In this document: in pieces, positions 1 through 11,422 of the stretch
How positions within the stretch are numbered: the stretch's first letter is position 1
Layout of the letters: every line of letters begins with the position of its first letter
Source: Paraglomus brasilianum
Lineage: Eukaryota
Assembly (NCBI GenBank): GCA_910592345.1
Contig: CAJVPI010000168.1
Location: 1 to 46,951, forward strand
Direction: 5' to 3'
Length of the DNA stretch: 46,951 nt
Notes under the pieces: model-generated
Databases searched by the model: none
What the model saw: the letters and a program-made list of their open reading frames with translations, nothing else
What the model was told of the DNA's origin: nothing
Made by a program: the position numbers and the translations under genes

Positions 1-1646
1 GCTCTTACCTACTGGAGATTTGCCTAAACCGACAAATAGCTACGATTTGGATTCAGCTGCAGGTATGAAGACAACAATTGGTTATAGATGAAGTCAATTT
101 ACAATATTAACATTGTCCCTGCTTATTATTTAGTGACTCAAACGCTCTTTGAATAAACTTGTAATTCAGTTTATACGGTTTTTACTCAACGGTTTATTCC
201 TCGTTCGATTAAATTAATTAATATGTCAATATGAGTTGAGTTAAAAGATACCGAAATAAAATCGTGCACGTTTACTGTTAGCTGCCTTTGCCGGGGTAGA
301 TCATTTGAACATGTAAACAGAGAGTACATTATTTAAAGTCTATGAAACTGTTAATGAGTTCTTCCTGAATAAAATGCGTAGCTACATTTGAGCTCTGTTC
401 GCTGGACGGTGAAGCTTCGTTGTCAATTTCAGCCACCGGCCAGATGATGCGTGCTTCCTACTAAATGTTGGAACACATAGTGAAGCCACTACGTTACAAG
501 CCGACGGCGTCATCGCGCGTATTCCGCGTTCATATTGTTGTAAATACTTTGGGAGGCAATCATTTCACCGACAAATATTCACCAACATTATTTCGAATTA
601 TCCTTTTTTGGTAGTCGATTGTCGGTGAAATGATATACGGTTTTATTGCATGCGATCCATTATCGAACAAAAGGATAATAAATGCAATTTCTAAACCTTT
701 TAAAGCCTCTCGTAACGAAAGTGAGTGGAGAGGAGTATACCCTACATGTCTCGTTCGCTGAGACTCACTGGGAAGAATCATGTTTAATATAACGGAGCGA
801 ATACTATTCACTGAGAAGACCGATGTTCGAACAAGAATTATTAATTGGTAGATGTTTCGTGTGTTAATATTAATGTGGTAGGCGTAATGGATATTTGCTT
901 AATTATTCGCAATGTCAATCTTTGATATGTATAGTTAGCTGGGAAGTAATAGCACGTTCTGTTGGTAGTTTGCTTCTTGTGTATCGATGCCATCCATGTT
1001 ACGGCTAGCTCACACGTGCATAATGATGAAATCGTTCTTTGGAAGTTACGATTCTTTGAAAGACAAAACCCATGTTATTTTATATCTTACGATTGTCATG
1101 TAGGAAATGTCGGAAATAGGTGTTAACAATACGTTGGTGAATAGGCATATTATTGTTGCATTCGACACGAATCCCGTATTCGCAATTTCATTAGACATTT
1201 TGATTAAGTTGTATTGTTGGTTTCTTTTTAGCGAATATTTATGAGAGAGCTACTTTTCTTTTATGTCGAAAAAAATCAGTAATCGAACTTTTATTTAGAA
1301 AAAAGATATAGTTTTCTGAATTGCGTACTGTAAACAATATGTTTGTTCGGAATAATGATGTAGGTATTATTTATTATTATTCATGACATAAAATAAAAGC
1401 GCATACAAACAAACATCAACTAACAGTATCACTAAATTGTAAAGATGTTGGCAAACCTGATCATCAATTTAGTAGTGTAATTTTGACTGAGATGCTTGAG
1501 ATATGCTTCGCAGAGATTTGTGTTAATTAGTTGTATCAAATATGTTTAATGGAGGTGGTGTTATATTTTAATTGCCTGTAGAGCTTGATTTTTTTGTTCG
1601 CGAAGAAGATGGGCAATGTAATTAATTGGGGTTGTAAGTAAATTGT

Positions 1647-1673
1647 TTATTATTATTATTATTATTATTATTA
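1647..1673. repeat. (TTA)9 microsatellite
   Basis: Nine consecutive TTA units. Confidence 0.95.
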
Positions 1674-2340
1674 TGTTCTGGCCCAAACCTTTTGTTACAC
1701 AATGTGATTATGCTGATATTTACCAAGTTTATCCATTTATAACACTACTGGAGACATAGCTACTCGTACATGAGAATTACATTAATGATGTCATTGGGTA
1801 TTAATGATGCTTGGTAAAGATGTAGTGACGTGGTTAGAATATGGAATAAAACTCTCGATACTATAGTAATAGCGATGAAAATATATTTATTTCTAAAAGT
1901 TAGGAATCTATTGTTTTAGCACGAGCCTGACAATAATAATAAAGTCATGATAACAAAACTGCGGCCTGACATTCTGGTGAAACAGCACAGAAAATAACGA
2001 CATACAGTTGACGCGCTGTCTATAGTAAACCGAATCTAATAAACTTGTCATATCGTTATCGTAAAATTGGTTATACTCCATATTTGTCAGAGGGGTCGCC
2101 AGGAAAAAAGATCAAATACTCTCGATCAATAAGCAGTATTATTCCCAATGTTAAAGAAAATAATAGTGAACGGATTGCAACAAGCTTATTTCTTTTTGCT
2201 AAAAAAATGATTAGCTTTTGATACACTATGACTAACATATATGCATACATCATTTTGATAAGAATATATAATGCTAATGTACGGGAGGTAAGAAATAATC
2301 GGATTGGAGATTTGAACTGTAATTAATAGTCGAGCGACTT

Positions 2341-2361
2341 GTCGTCGTCGTCGTCGTCGTC
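2341..2361. repeat. (GTC)7 microsatellite
   Basis: Seven consecutive GTC units. Confidence 0.95.
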
Positions 2362-2459
2362 GTTGTTAGAAAAAACGGCGGACAACTTTTTTTTTACTGT
2401 TGTCTTTCTACCACTAATACTATGGATATTCTGTGACCGAATTATTATTCTCTAGAATT

Positions 2460-3191
2460 TGGGTATTGACGCTTTGCCGGCAGAGTGGGGAGAGCAAAAG
2501 AAATTTTATCTTCTAACAAGCATCCTAATCGTCTGTAATCGCGGTTCTCTTTTTCTTTTTCGGACTTTACTGCTTCGGCTAAAAATTTAGTGCTAAATAG
2601 TTTAAATAATCCAATAATCTATCAGCTTTTTTGTGTTTAGTTTCTCAACTACTAGCTGATTAAGCCTGACTATTGTGCTGATTATTATTCTTATTTCAGT
2701 GCGGATTAAATTTGTTCTAAATTAGTAACAAAATTTAGAGCATGAATTCCACCAGCAATAAGTGGTAATCATTCTAACATTTCTTTGACCGACTTAATTG
2801 GTCGCAGTAATAATAAAGGATGAGGCACACCACGGCAAAAAAGAAAGCATGGGCAAATTCTTAAGTGTTATACTAGTAAGTTGGGTTTTTCAACAATCGA
2901 TTCTTTCTAAACTAGGAAAGTCGGTAATAACCGAGTTTCCTCCTAGACTGTTTTTACTAATGTCCAGTCAATTTATTCATTCTCTTTTGTTTAAAGGATA
3001 TTTATTATCTAAACATTTCTGAGCATCTCGGCTTGTTTTTTTAGTTATGTTTATCAATTTTTTGAGGGTCATATCCTTTTCCTATTAGATAAGCGATAAT
3101 CACCCGGAGTTAAGCCAGATTTAATTCATTTCTTAGTTTCATGATAACCAAAATTTAAATCCTCTTGTCTTTCATTCATTAAACTCTTCAT
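2460..3191 (-). pseudogene. Decayed Mollicutes-like (genetic code 4) gene fragments, including a leucine-rich-repeat protein N-terminus; probable Moeniiplasma/MRE-derived insert
   Basis: With TGA=W: MKSLMNERQEDLNFGYHETKKwIKSGLTPGDY / AYLIGKGYDPQ / RDAQKCLDNKYPLNKREwINwLDISKNSLGGNSVITDFPSLERIDCwKTQLTSITLKNLPMLSFL, then MLEwLPLIAGGIHALNFVTNLEQI and SASSwETKHKKADRLLDYLNYL. No introns, several frameshifts. Left boundary approximate. Confidence 0.7.
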
Positions 3192-3242
3192 TGTTGTTAT
3201 CGATAAGTTATTAGTGGAACGTACGCGTAGTAATAGTAAGCA

Positions 3243-3798
3243 CAGTGGAGACAAAAAGTTTTCGAAATGGCGTTTTTGTTAATTGTGCAACGAAAAATGC
3301 TAAAACTCTGCAGACATGCTCTTTATAACATGACAAACCATTTTATTTATTGCCCCTTAACAGCTTATATTATTACCATTCCCATCTGTTATTTCATTCA
3401 ATCTTGACGGCATGCTATCAAATTAATGTAAGTTTTTTTTTCAATATTTTCCCACTCCTTCTAAATTATTTTGCGAAAGGCCTCAATTGTGACTTTTTGG
3501 TTTTTCACCAGTATTCGATTGACCTTTTTTTTTTCAACCAGTGTCTTTAAAATTTGCCGCAAATTCTCAATCGGATTAAGATCTGGGCTATTTGAGAGCA
3601 GATTTTTGGACACTGCCGCGGCGCGAAAGCTCCTTTGTTGCTTTAGCTGTGTGCTTAGGGTCATTATCTTGTTGAAAGACCCAATGTTACCCATGATCTT
3701 ATTTGCATTGTCAAACAAATTTTCAGATAAGATTTTTCGATAAAGCACCATCCGTGATATCTGATATGCATTATTCCGAAAACCTTTTGCCTCCACTG
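3243..3798 (-). mobile_element. Internally deleted Tc1/mariner DNA transposon
   Basis: 26-bp TIRs CAGTGGAG(A/G)CAAAA(A/G)GTTTTCG(A/G)AAT at 3243-3268 and 3773-3798 (23/26 match), TA at 3799-3800, and the Tc1 catalytic motif NSPDLNPIENL in ORF 3461-3796(-). Confidence 0.9.
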
Positions 3799-5625
3799 TA
3801 TATTTGAGAAAATATTTCTGTGCAATTTGACGTACAATAAAGTTACATTATTATGATGGTTGTTGTCGTGTGAATAGATCATAGTTTGCACGCGATATGT
3901 ATTTCATGATTGGTTTTCGATTTAATAAAGTAATAAACGGGATGGGATAAAGTTGATGTTATTATTTCGGTTATTGTGTAGGAGTGAAGTATTTTTAGTT
4001 GTAATTTTAATTTAACAAGGCATGGTGAGTATTTCGTGTATATACGGTTAGAGTTGCTATTGTGGAAAGTTTTTATTATTTCAAACATCGGAGTGTTTGA
4101 CAGTATGAGCTGTCCATTTTTGAATAGAAATATTAATTAATATAATTTGATAAAAACATAGCCTACAACAAATGTTAGAAATACTAGCACGGGAAAAGAA
4201 AACGGTGGTAATATTTTTGTATAGGATATTGAACATTTTATTGGGTGGTTTATTTTCGACCGGTTTGACTGGTGTGTTGACTTTGGATGTATTATTAATG
4301 GTGGTTTAATTGTACCGAGAAACAGTAACGTTGTATAATGCAGTAATTTTGTGTGAAAGCATAAGACGTTTATGGTCTGTGTTGAATATAATGTGTTGAT
4401 ATAAAGATTATAACGGGTTTATTATGATTTATCGGTATAACGGGTAAAAATTCCTATGTAAATTTTGGGAGCGAAAGTTGCTTTTCCCCAGAATATATTT
4501 TTATCTCATTCCGGAACGTAACACGTATTTTACATGAAGTTCATATGTGTAGTGAATGTTGTTTTCCAGAATATGTGATTCCATGGCATATTTTTTATCC
4601 AACTGCTACTGATATCTGTTGTGAGTAGATAAAGTTGTTGAATAATCCAATATATGTGTAGCTGAGAATATAAATTCTGAATACACTGACCCCCATCTGC
4701 TGAGCGCCTTTTCCTATTTTCTGTTATTTTAAGCTATACGTTTCAGTCGCTTGAATAGGATATAATGTAACGATCTTTACGATGATAATATCCGACAGTC
4801 AAGACTTGCAATTATACGAAAAAGAAGATGAGGATATCTAAATTTAAAAAGGGATATTTCGAGTTTGTGAGCTGGGATTGGATTTATACGAGTAATGTAT
4901 CAATTTCTGTGAGGTTTGGTTTTGTACTTGTTAACAGATGGTGGGCAGTACGCTATAAATCAAACTGCATGCAAGTTAATTGCGCATTTTACATTGCGCT
5001 TTAATAGGATATAATGCAACAATCTTTTTTGGTGTCTTTGACGATGATCATATTTGACTTGGGATGCATACAAACTTGTACACAAAAGAAGAGGGAAGCA
5101 TTTAACTTGTGTCTTCAAACTGTGCCTTGAGATTGAACTAATTCAATGACGTTATAAGTTTTGGTTTCGATCGATGACTTTTTCTTGTCGAAAATGAAAT
5201 AATCGTATTTGTTGATAGATGGTGGGTTTTCGAACTAATGGGTTGCTTTGTTGAGACGCTCGGCGATAATGAAGGACAATAGAATTCAAATATTAATAGA
5301 GTTTGAGTCTACGGTTTTATTAAATACTTTTGATGTATATGGATACTTTTCGGAATTTATCATGTCATTCTAAAACACTCTCTCGAATTATTCCACCTCT
5401 CAACAATGTATCCCTCCCTCCGCAATTCAACAATTAAATCAAACGTTCGAATGAGAAATTCGATCTTGTTTTGCACGCTCTATGTGCACTATGGATAATT
5501 AATCAATTTGCCAAATATTTGTGTCGAACTTAAACGACAGTGGGAGACGGGCTCACGAACGTCAAAATGATGTAACAAACTGAGGAACGGCTCCACGTTC
5601 AATCCGCATAACGACAAACTTATAT

Positions 5626-5631
5626 CACGTG
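5626..5631. promoter_or_regulatory. E-box CACGTG upstream of CNB1
   Basis: ATCACGTGAT about 55 nt before the ATG at 5686; the same motif lies at a similar distance upstream of DOA1 and MED23. Confidence 0.4.
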
Positions 5632-5685
5632 ATTACAATGCTAAACTCTACTAGCTCATTCGATAAAATTTCCTTTTATTCAAAA

Positions 5686-6478
5686 ATGGGCCTGACTGAC
5701 TCGCGGCCACTTCCAGTCATGGTTGACAACACTAACTGTAAGTTGGTTTTTTGTTTATTTAAATTATTTTTTTGTTGACTATGGTTGAATGAAAAAGATG
5801 TTCTGTTCAATAGCAGTAGCATTTATGTATTGAAATACTTTTTGCTGTTATAAAAGTCACTGCAGAAGAGATCCAGCGCTTATACAAGCGCTTCATGAAA
5901 CTTGACAAGGATCGCTCCGGGTCAATTGATAGAGAAGAATTCTTGGCCATTCCACAGATAGCCAATAATCCTCTCGCGTCGAGAATGATTGCTATATTTG
6001 ACGAGGATGGTGGTGGAGATGTGGATTTTAAAGAGTTCATTTCGGGTTTGAGTGCCTTTAGTGCGAAAGGCAAGAAAGATGAGAAACTATGGTGTAAGTA
6101 AAAGACGAGTTCGAACTATGTGATTGTGGGAATGAGACTGGAATGTAAACGAAATAACAGGTCTCTTTGGAAGCATGTCATAAGTACTGTTACAGTTTGA
6201 CTACATTCAAGTACAATCTATTAACCGCTTATCCAACAACAGTCGCCTTCAAAGTCTACGATATGGATCGTGATGGGTATATTTCCAATGGCGAACTCTT
6301 TCTTGTTCTCAAGATGATGGTCGGTAATAACCTCAAGGATAATCAGCTTCAACAAATCGTCGACAAGACCATTATGGAAGCTGATAAAGACATGGATGGA
6401 AAGATTTCATTCGATGAATTCCGTGCTGTAGTGGAATCAACAGACATAGCCAAGAATTTAACCTTGACCGAGTTCTAA
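5686..6478 (+). CDS. CNB1: Calcineurin regulatory subunit B (3 exons: 5686-5737, 5857-6093, 6243-6478)
   Basis: MG N-terminus, [80 protein letters not shown]; four EF-hands; GT-AG introns in consistent phase. Confidence 0.97.
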
Positions 6479-6684
6479 ATATACATTATCATTAAATGGT
6501 GGATTTTGGTGGTTGTAATATATTTTTGTTTAATGCACACTCTCTCTTACTTTGAGACGAAGTACTGAGAGGATATAAATAGTTCCGTTGTATGGATCCA
6601 ATAATGGCTTACTACTCATTGCTGTAATAGCATACATAGCACCAATATATTTATTACCTCAAAAGGTTTAATTTTTAACGAGTC

Positions 6685-9600
6685 CTATACTGAAAGCATT
6701 TTGTTGACTATGCCTTAATGAGAAGAGGTGCAAAAGTAAGGTTAGCTTGGCAATTATTAGAATGCACGGACAATGTTAGTACTCACCAACCACGTTCCGA
6801 ACCTTGTCGTCAGAGACTTTTGTTGACACGTGCTGAATGGCTTTCTCGACGCCCAGCATTACGGTTGCTTCTTTAGCTGCTTGGTTCTTGCTAATCTGTT
6901 AGATAGAACTACTGGTAAGCTGATAAATTCATCAATCGAACCAGAGGAATGGAGGCTATCATCTATCAACTTACCAGCGTTCCCAGTGTCACAATCGTCC
7001 GGTAAATTGCCTCAGGATCAGCTGTAGATTCCAGGATCTGAATAACAACATGTCAGTTGATTAAACGGTAACCACCAAACTGCAATTCACGGCAATTCTT
7101 CTACAAACCTCAATAATTGCTGCTATCATTTGGAGCATTGCGTCTTCATCAGGCCTTTCCAGATATGCTATGGAATAACTATCATAACAATTAGTATGTC
7201 AAGTTCAATATACTGACGTGACATAGTCAACATTTTACTAACTTGAGTAATACAGTAATCAGCGCAAGTCGTACACCCTTGCCTGAAATATAGCTCCACG
7301 TTGGAAATATCTTGTCCAATACCTGTGAAATTTATAGAGTGAATCAACCATACTCAAACTAGTTCTTGAAAGACTGAATCATGCATCACATACAGACGAT
7401 CCCTTGTTTGTTAGTATTTCTCTTCCGATTTTTGTCTCAAACAGATTGGCAATGGTTCTTAGGCCCATCGTTAAATTAATTTCTTGCTCTTTGGTAGCAG
7501 AAGCACCTTTTGGAAATGATTCAAAATCAACGGCATCGTATACCAATTGGAGTATCGATTCGTCCGAACTAGTGACTGGGATTGGAGCGCGTATAACATG
7601 AAGACGGAGTAAATCGAGACCTGTTTATGTGTAAATGTATGAACGCAAATAATATTAAGAACGTATTGCTGAACGTAAGTTAACTCGAGATGTAGTAAAT
7701 ATTATTTCACCTGGAAACCGCTTCTCATAAGGCCATGAGGTCATTATCTTTTTTATAACTGACAATCCTTCCTGTCGTTCTTTTGCATTGTTTTGACTAT
7801 TGGATGGATCTTGGAGATAAGAGATTAAGACTTCTAAAGATTTCGTTTCCTCGGCTGTTAGATTTAGCCCTTGAGGTTGTAAATCCGCGCTGAACTGTTG
7901 TATTTTCTTGAGGATTGGCGGCAGATTGGCTTGTTTGTAAGTCATGAATGATTTCTAAGAAGTAGATAGCTGCATGTAAATTAACCGTCATCTATAAATA
8001 GACTAATTTTGATACAATATAACTCACACAGGGAATAACCGGATCTGATGTTGCAGCTTTTTCCGAGTTGGTCGACCCCGTCCATGGATCAATTCCGGCA
8101 GCGACACGACCCTTTGTTTTAGCTAATCAATTTAGTGTCCACAAATTCGTCACTATTATTAACACATTCATGCTCACCGGAGCGCTTTGATTTCCGCTGG
8201 TAGAACTGGTTGAAGTTCCGGCATCGGTATATCTTGATGTGCCAGTATAAGGATCAACGTTTCCGGGACCCGCTCCTAATGACACACCCCTCGTATTTTG
8301 TATAATGAAATTCGCTACTTGATCCAAGTATGACTGAGACAACTTATTAGCCCAAATAAATTGCTGAGCTGCTTGATATGGATTTTCTTATGAATATAAA
8401 GAGAAATAATGTCAGTAGTTTCAGTAGTTGTTGTCATGTCTATTCATTAAATGTCATTGATAAGAATATCTAAATGTACCAGTAGTATTATAAGGAAGTT
8501 TTAACGGAGGTATTCCTTCGCCAATATCGACAGTAAATACGTAATCGTATTCTCTGCCGTTGTAGAGTTGCCTTCTCTCCTGTCCAACTGCATCTACAAC
8601 TTCACCGATTTTAGCCCAACTTTGATCTGCTGAACTCCACTATAAATATGATGAAAAATACACGCGACAACTAAATATTATACGACACAAAAACATATGC
8701 TAAAAGAAGCTTTAATTAGACTAACAACAATCTTATACTCATTACCTGATACGCTTCCACTTTAATTCCGTCTTTAACCATCAGGACTTGACCTTCCTTT
8801 GTTCCTATTATACGATTGAGTTTAGTAACTTAATAATGCACAAGTTGTCTGGAGGACAATACTATGTCTAACCTGGCGTTGATAAAGCTTCTTTTCCAGG
8901 GAGATTATCTCTTTTCAAATCTCCAACCTGATTACTTGTGATATATGAATACATATCTTAGAATGATTGTCAGAACGCTCCAAGAGTATAATATCAATCA
9001 GATACGCAGCTTACGTTGGAATGGCTTGACTCGCGAGAAGCTCGTTATATTCCTATATATTTCACAAAACTTGGATTATTGACCTAGAATTTCAACATAG
9101 GCAACATGCGTGTTCTTTTTCAAACCTTCAATTTCTCTGTATCAGCTATCCTCTCTGGTATACGAGAGAATACGCGCACTGCTCCATCGCTAGCACCACT
9201 AATGATATCTCCGTTAGGCATGGCTGCTGTGCACCACACAGATATTGCTGGATGGAAAATGGTCTGTACACAGTCACCATCTAATAACAGAAAGAAGTAA
9301 CAATAAGTAAGAAAAACGTCACATCAAAATGAGAAGGACAGTTTGAGGCGAGGCGTTCACATACCCTTCCATACTTTTACAGCTCTATCTTCTCCACTGG
9401 ATATAATTTCACCTGTAGGCAAAACGTCTACTGAGTAGACAAATGATTGATGGCCATAGAGCTCCTGTAAACATTGACCGTCCAAATTCCAGATTCTTAG
9501 CGCACTATGAGCGTAGTAGATATATAAGAACATTAGGCATCAAATTTGATTATTGACTCAAAATTTTTGTTATGCCAGCACGTTGTATCCATGGAACTTT

Positions 9601-10676
9601 ATCACCTGTCATTACCGCAGGAAACAAATCCTACTCCTTTAATTTCAGCAAGAGATCTAACGCAATCAGTATGTCCATAAAACGTCTTTGTACGTACTCC
9701 ATCATCCCATCTAATAATCGTTTTATCAGCCGAAGCTGTAAAAGCAAATAAACCTCGGTCAGTATAATTAGAAGCAAATAGTGCTATGTCAATACATAGT
9801 ACTTCTTTTTCATATGTACATATGCAGATGCATATTTCTTATTTCTCATATTGCTTCATGTCATATTACTTCATGTCATATTGCTTCATGTCATATTGCT
9901 TCATGCAACCCCCAAACGCCACGTACCAGTAATTATAATTTGGTCCGATATGGCTAATACTGCCCATACAGCGGCTTCATGCCCCTTTAACGTATAAGCG
10001 ACTTGTTTGTCCCGCCATAGCTTCGATGTTCTAATCTCAAATACTAATTAGCATGAATTAAAGCAGCATATCTTCTTGGGTAAGCGATCACGGACCGTCA
10101 ATCAACATACTTATCCCACGATCCAGAGACTATGTGTCCGGACGGTGTGATATCAAGAGCACAAACATTGTCAGCATGATCAATCAACGAAAATATCGGA
10201 TCGCCTGCATTTTCGACATCCCAGATATAGATAATCTTATCACTGCTTCCACTAACAATTAGGCCTATGCGTTAAGCATGCACATAGGTTGCAAATTATA
10301 TATGTACACACGTTATTAATATCCATTTATATTGGCTGCAAGGTCAGATACTCAGACATTCAAAATAGGACACATACCTAATGGATATTCTGCACTTGGG
10401 CCAATATAAGCAACCGAGTTAACAAATCGCAAATGTCCCAGGAATATCTTAGAGTCACCAAAGACGTTCGGTGCAGTTCTAAACCACATGCGAACTGATT
10501 TATCTCGTGCAGCAGAGATAACCATGTCTTCGCTGGCGCCGCACACTGCTTTTACCTATTATATAAGGATATTAGAAATTATAGAGGAATTCAGGATATA
10601 ATACATGATAACATACATCTTGCTCATGTCCTGACAGGGAAGCAGCTAACTGGAAAGGTATATAGTCTTCTGACAT
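6685..10676 (-). CDS. DOA1: Doa1/Ufd3/PLAA ubiquitin homeostasis protein (WD40 + PFU + PUL), many exons
   Basis: Start MSEDYIPFQLAASLSGHEQD; WD40 repeats (SAARDKSVRMW, GHEAAVWAV, GHQSFVYSVDV); PFU domain (YNGREYDYVFTVDIGEGIPPLKLPYN, QSYLDQVANFIIQNT); PUL domain (WPYEKRFPG); ends GIVNKMLSV* at 6687-6685. Confidence 0.93.
9846..9905. repeat. 15-bp minisatellite (TCATATTGCTTCATG)x4 in a DOA1 intron
   Basis: Four tandem copies with a single substitution. Confidence 0.95.
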
Positions 10677-10738
10677 TTCGTTCTCGACGTGCTCTTAATC
10701 GTGATGTTCCTGGTTGTTGTTTGGTAATAATGGTACAT

Positions 10739-10744
10739 CACGTG
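10739..10744. promoter_or_regulatory. E-box CACGTG upstream of DOA1
   Basis: TCACGTGG about 62 nt upstream of the minus-strand ATG at 10676. Confidence 0.4.
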
Positions 10745-11360
10745 GAAATACTATTCTTTTTCCGGAAATGGGCAATCAATAGTAGTTATTGATCTGGCAA
10801 CTACTATCATGTGATACTCATGACATGACTTTATTTCTTATGCTTATAGAGACATTGGCAGAGCAATAAAGAATTGACTTTTTTTTTTTAAAAAACTGGA
10901 GCGGACCATAAAGACGCGCATTTATTGCAACTTGGGATTGCGAATTTGTCTTGATCGTAGAGAATGCTAAAAGCGCAGACAAGCAGAGCAAAGCTTTGAA
11001 TATAATAAGTAGACATTATTTAGAGACATGGCACATCGCCCGCAAATGACCACATGCAAAGAATATAAACGTTTCGGAAACTTATTGCGTGATTCTGATT
11101 ATTCTGACATCGCATTTATGTGAATTTAATAAACTAATGCGAGTAATTATTTATCTTCAACACTACATTTTGGAAACCGCTTCAGATATTCTCAAGCCTG
11201 ATGAGTTAATACCTCATGATATGTCTTGTAGGGGAACATGAGAAACGGCACGAAAGCGGTGTATGCGTGACTGTATGTGGAATCGTAATCATTTTGAACC
11301 TGCTTATACTTACTATGGGGCCCGCGCTAAAATATTCAATGGATCGACACAAGTTATGGT

Positions 11361-11366
11361 CACGTG
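11361..11366. promoter_or_regulatory. E-box CACGTG upstream of MED23
   Basis: GTCACGTGG about 56 nt before the inferred ATG at 11423. Confidence 0.4.
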
Positions 11367-11422
11367 GTGAAACACAATCGAGTGCATAAAAAACCGTTGA
11401 ATCTGGTAAACTTGCGCTGGAC

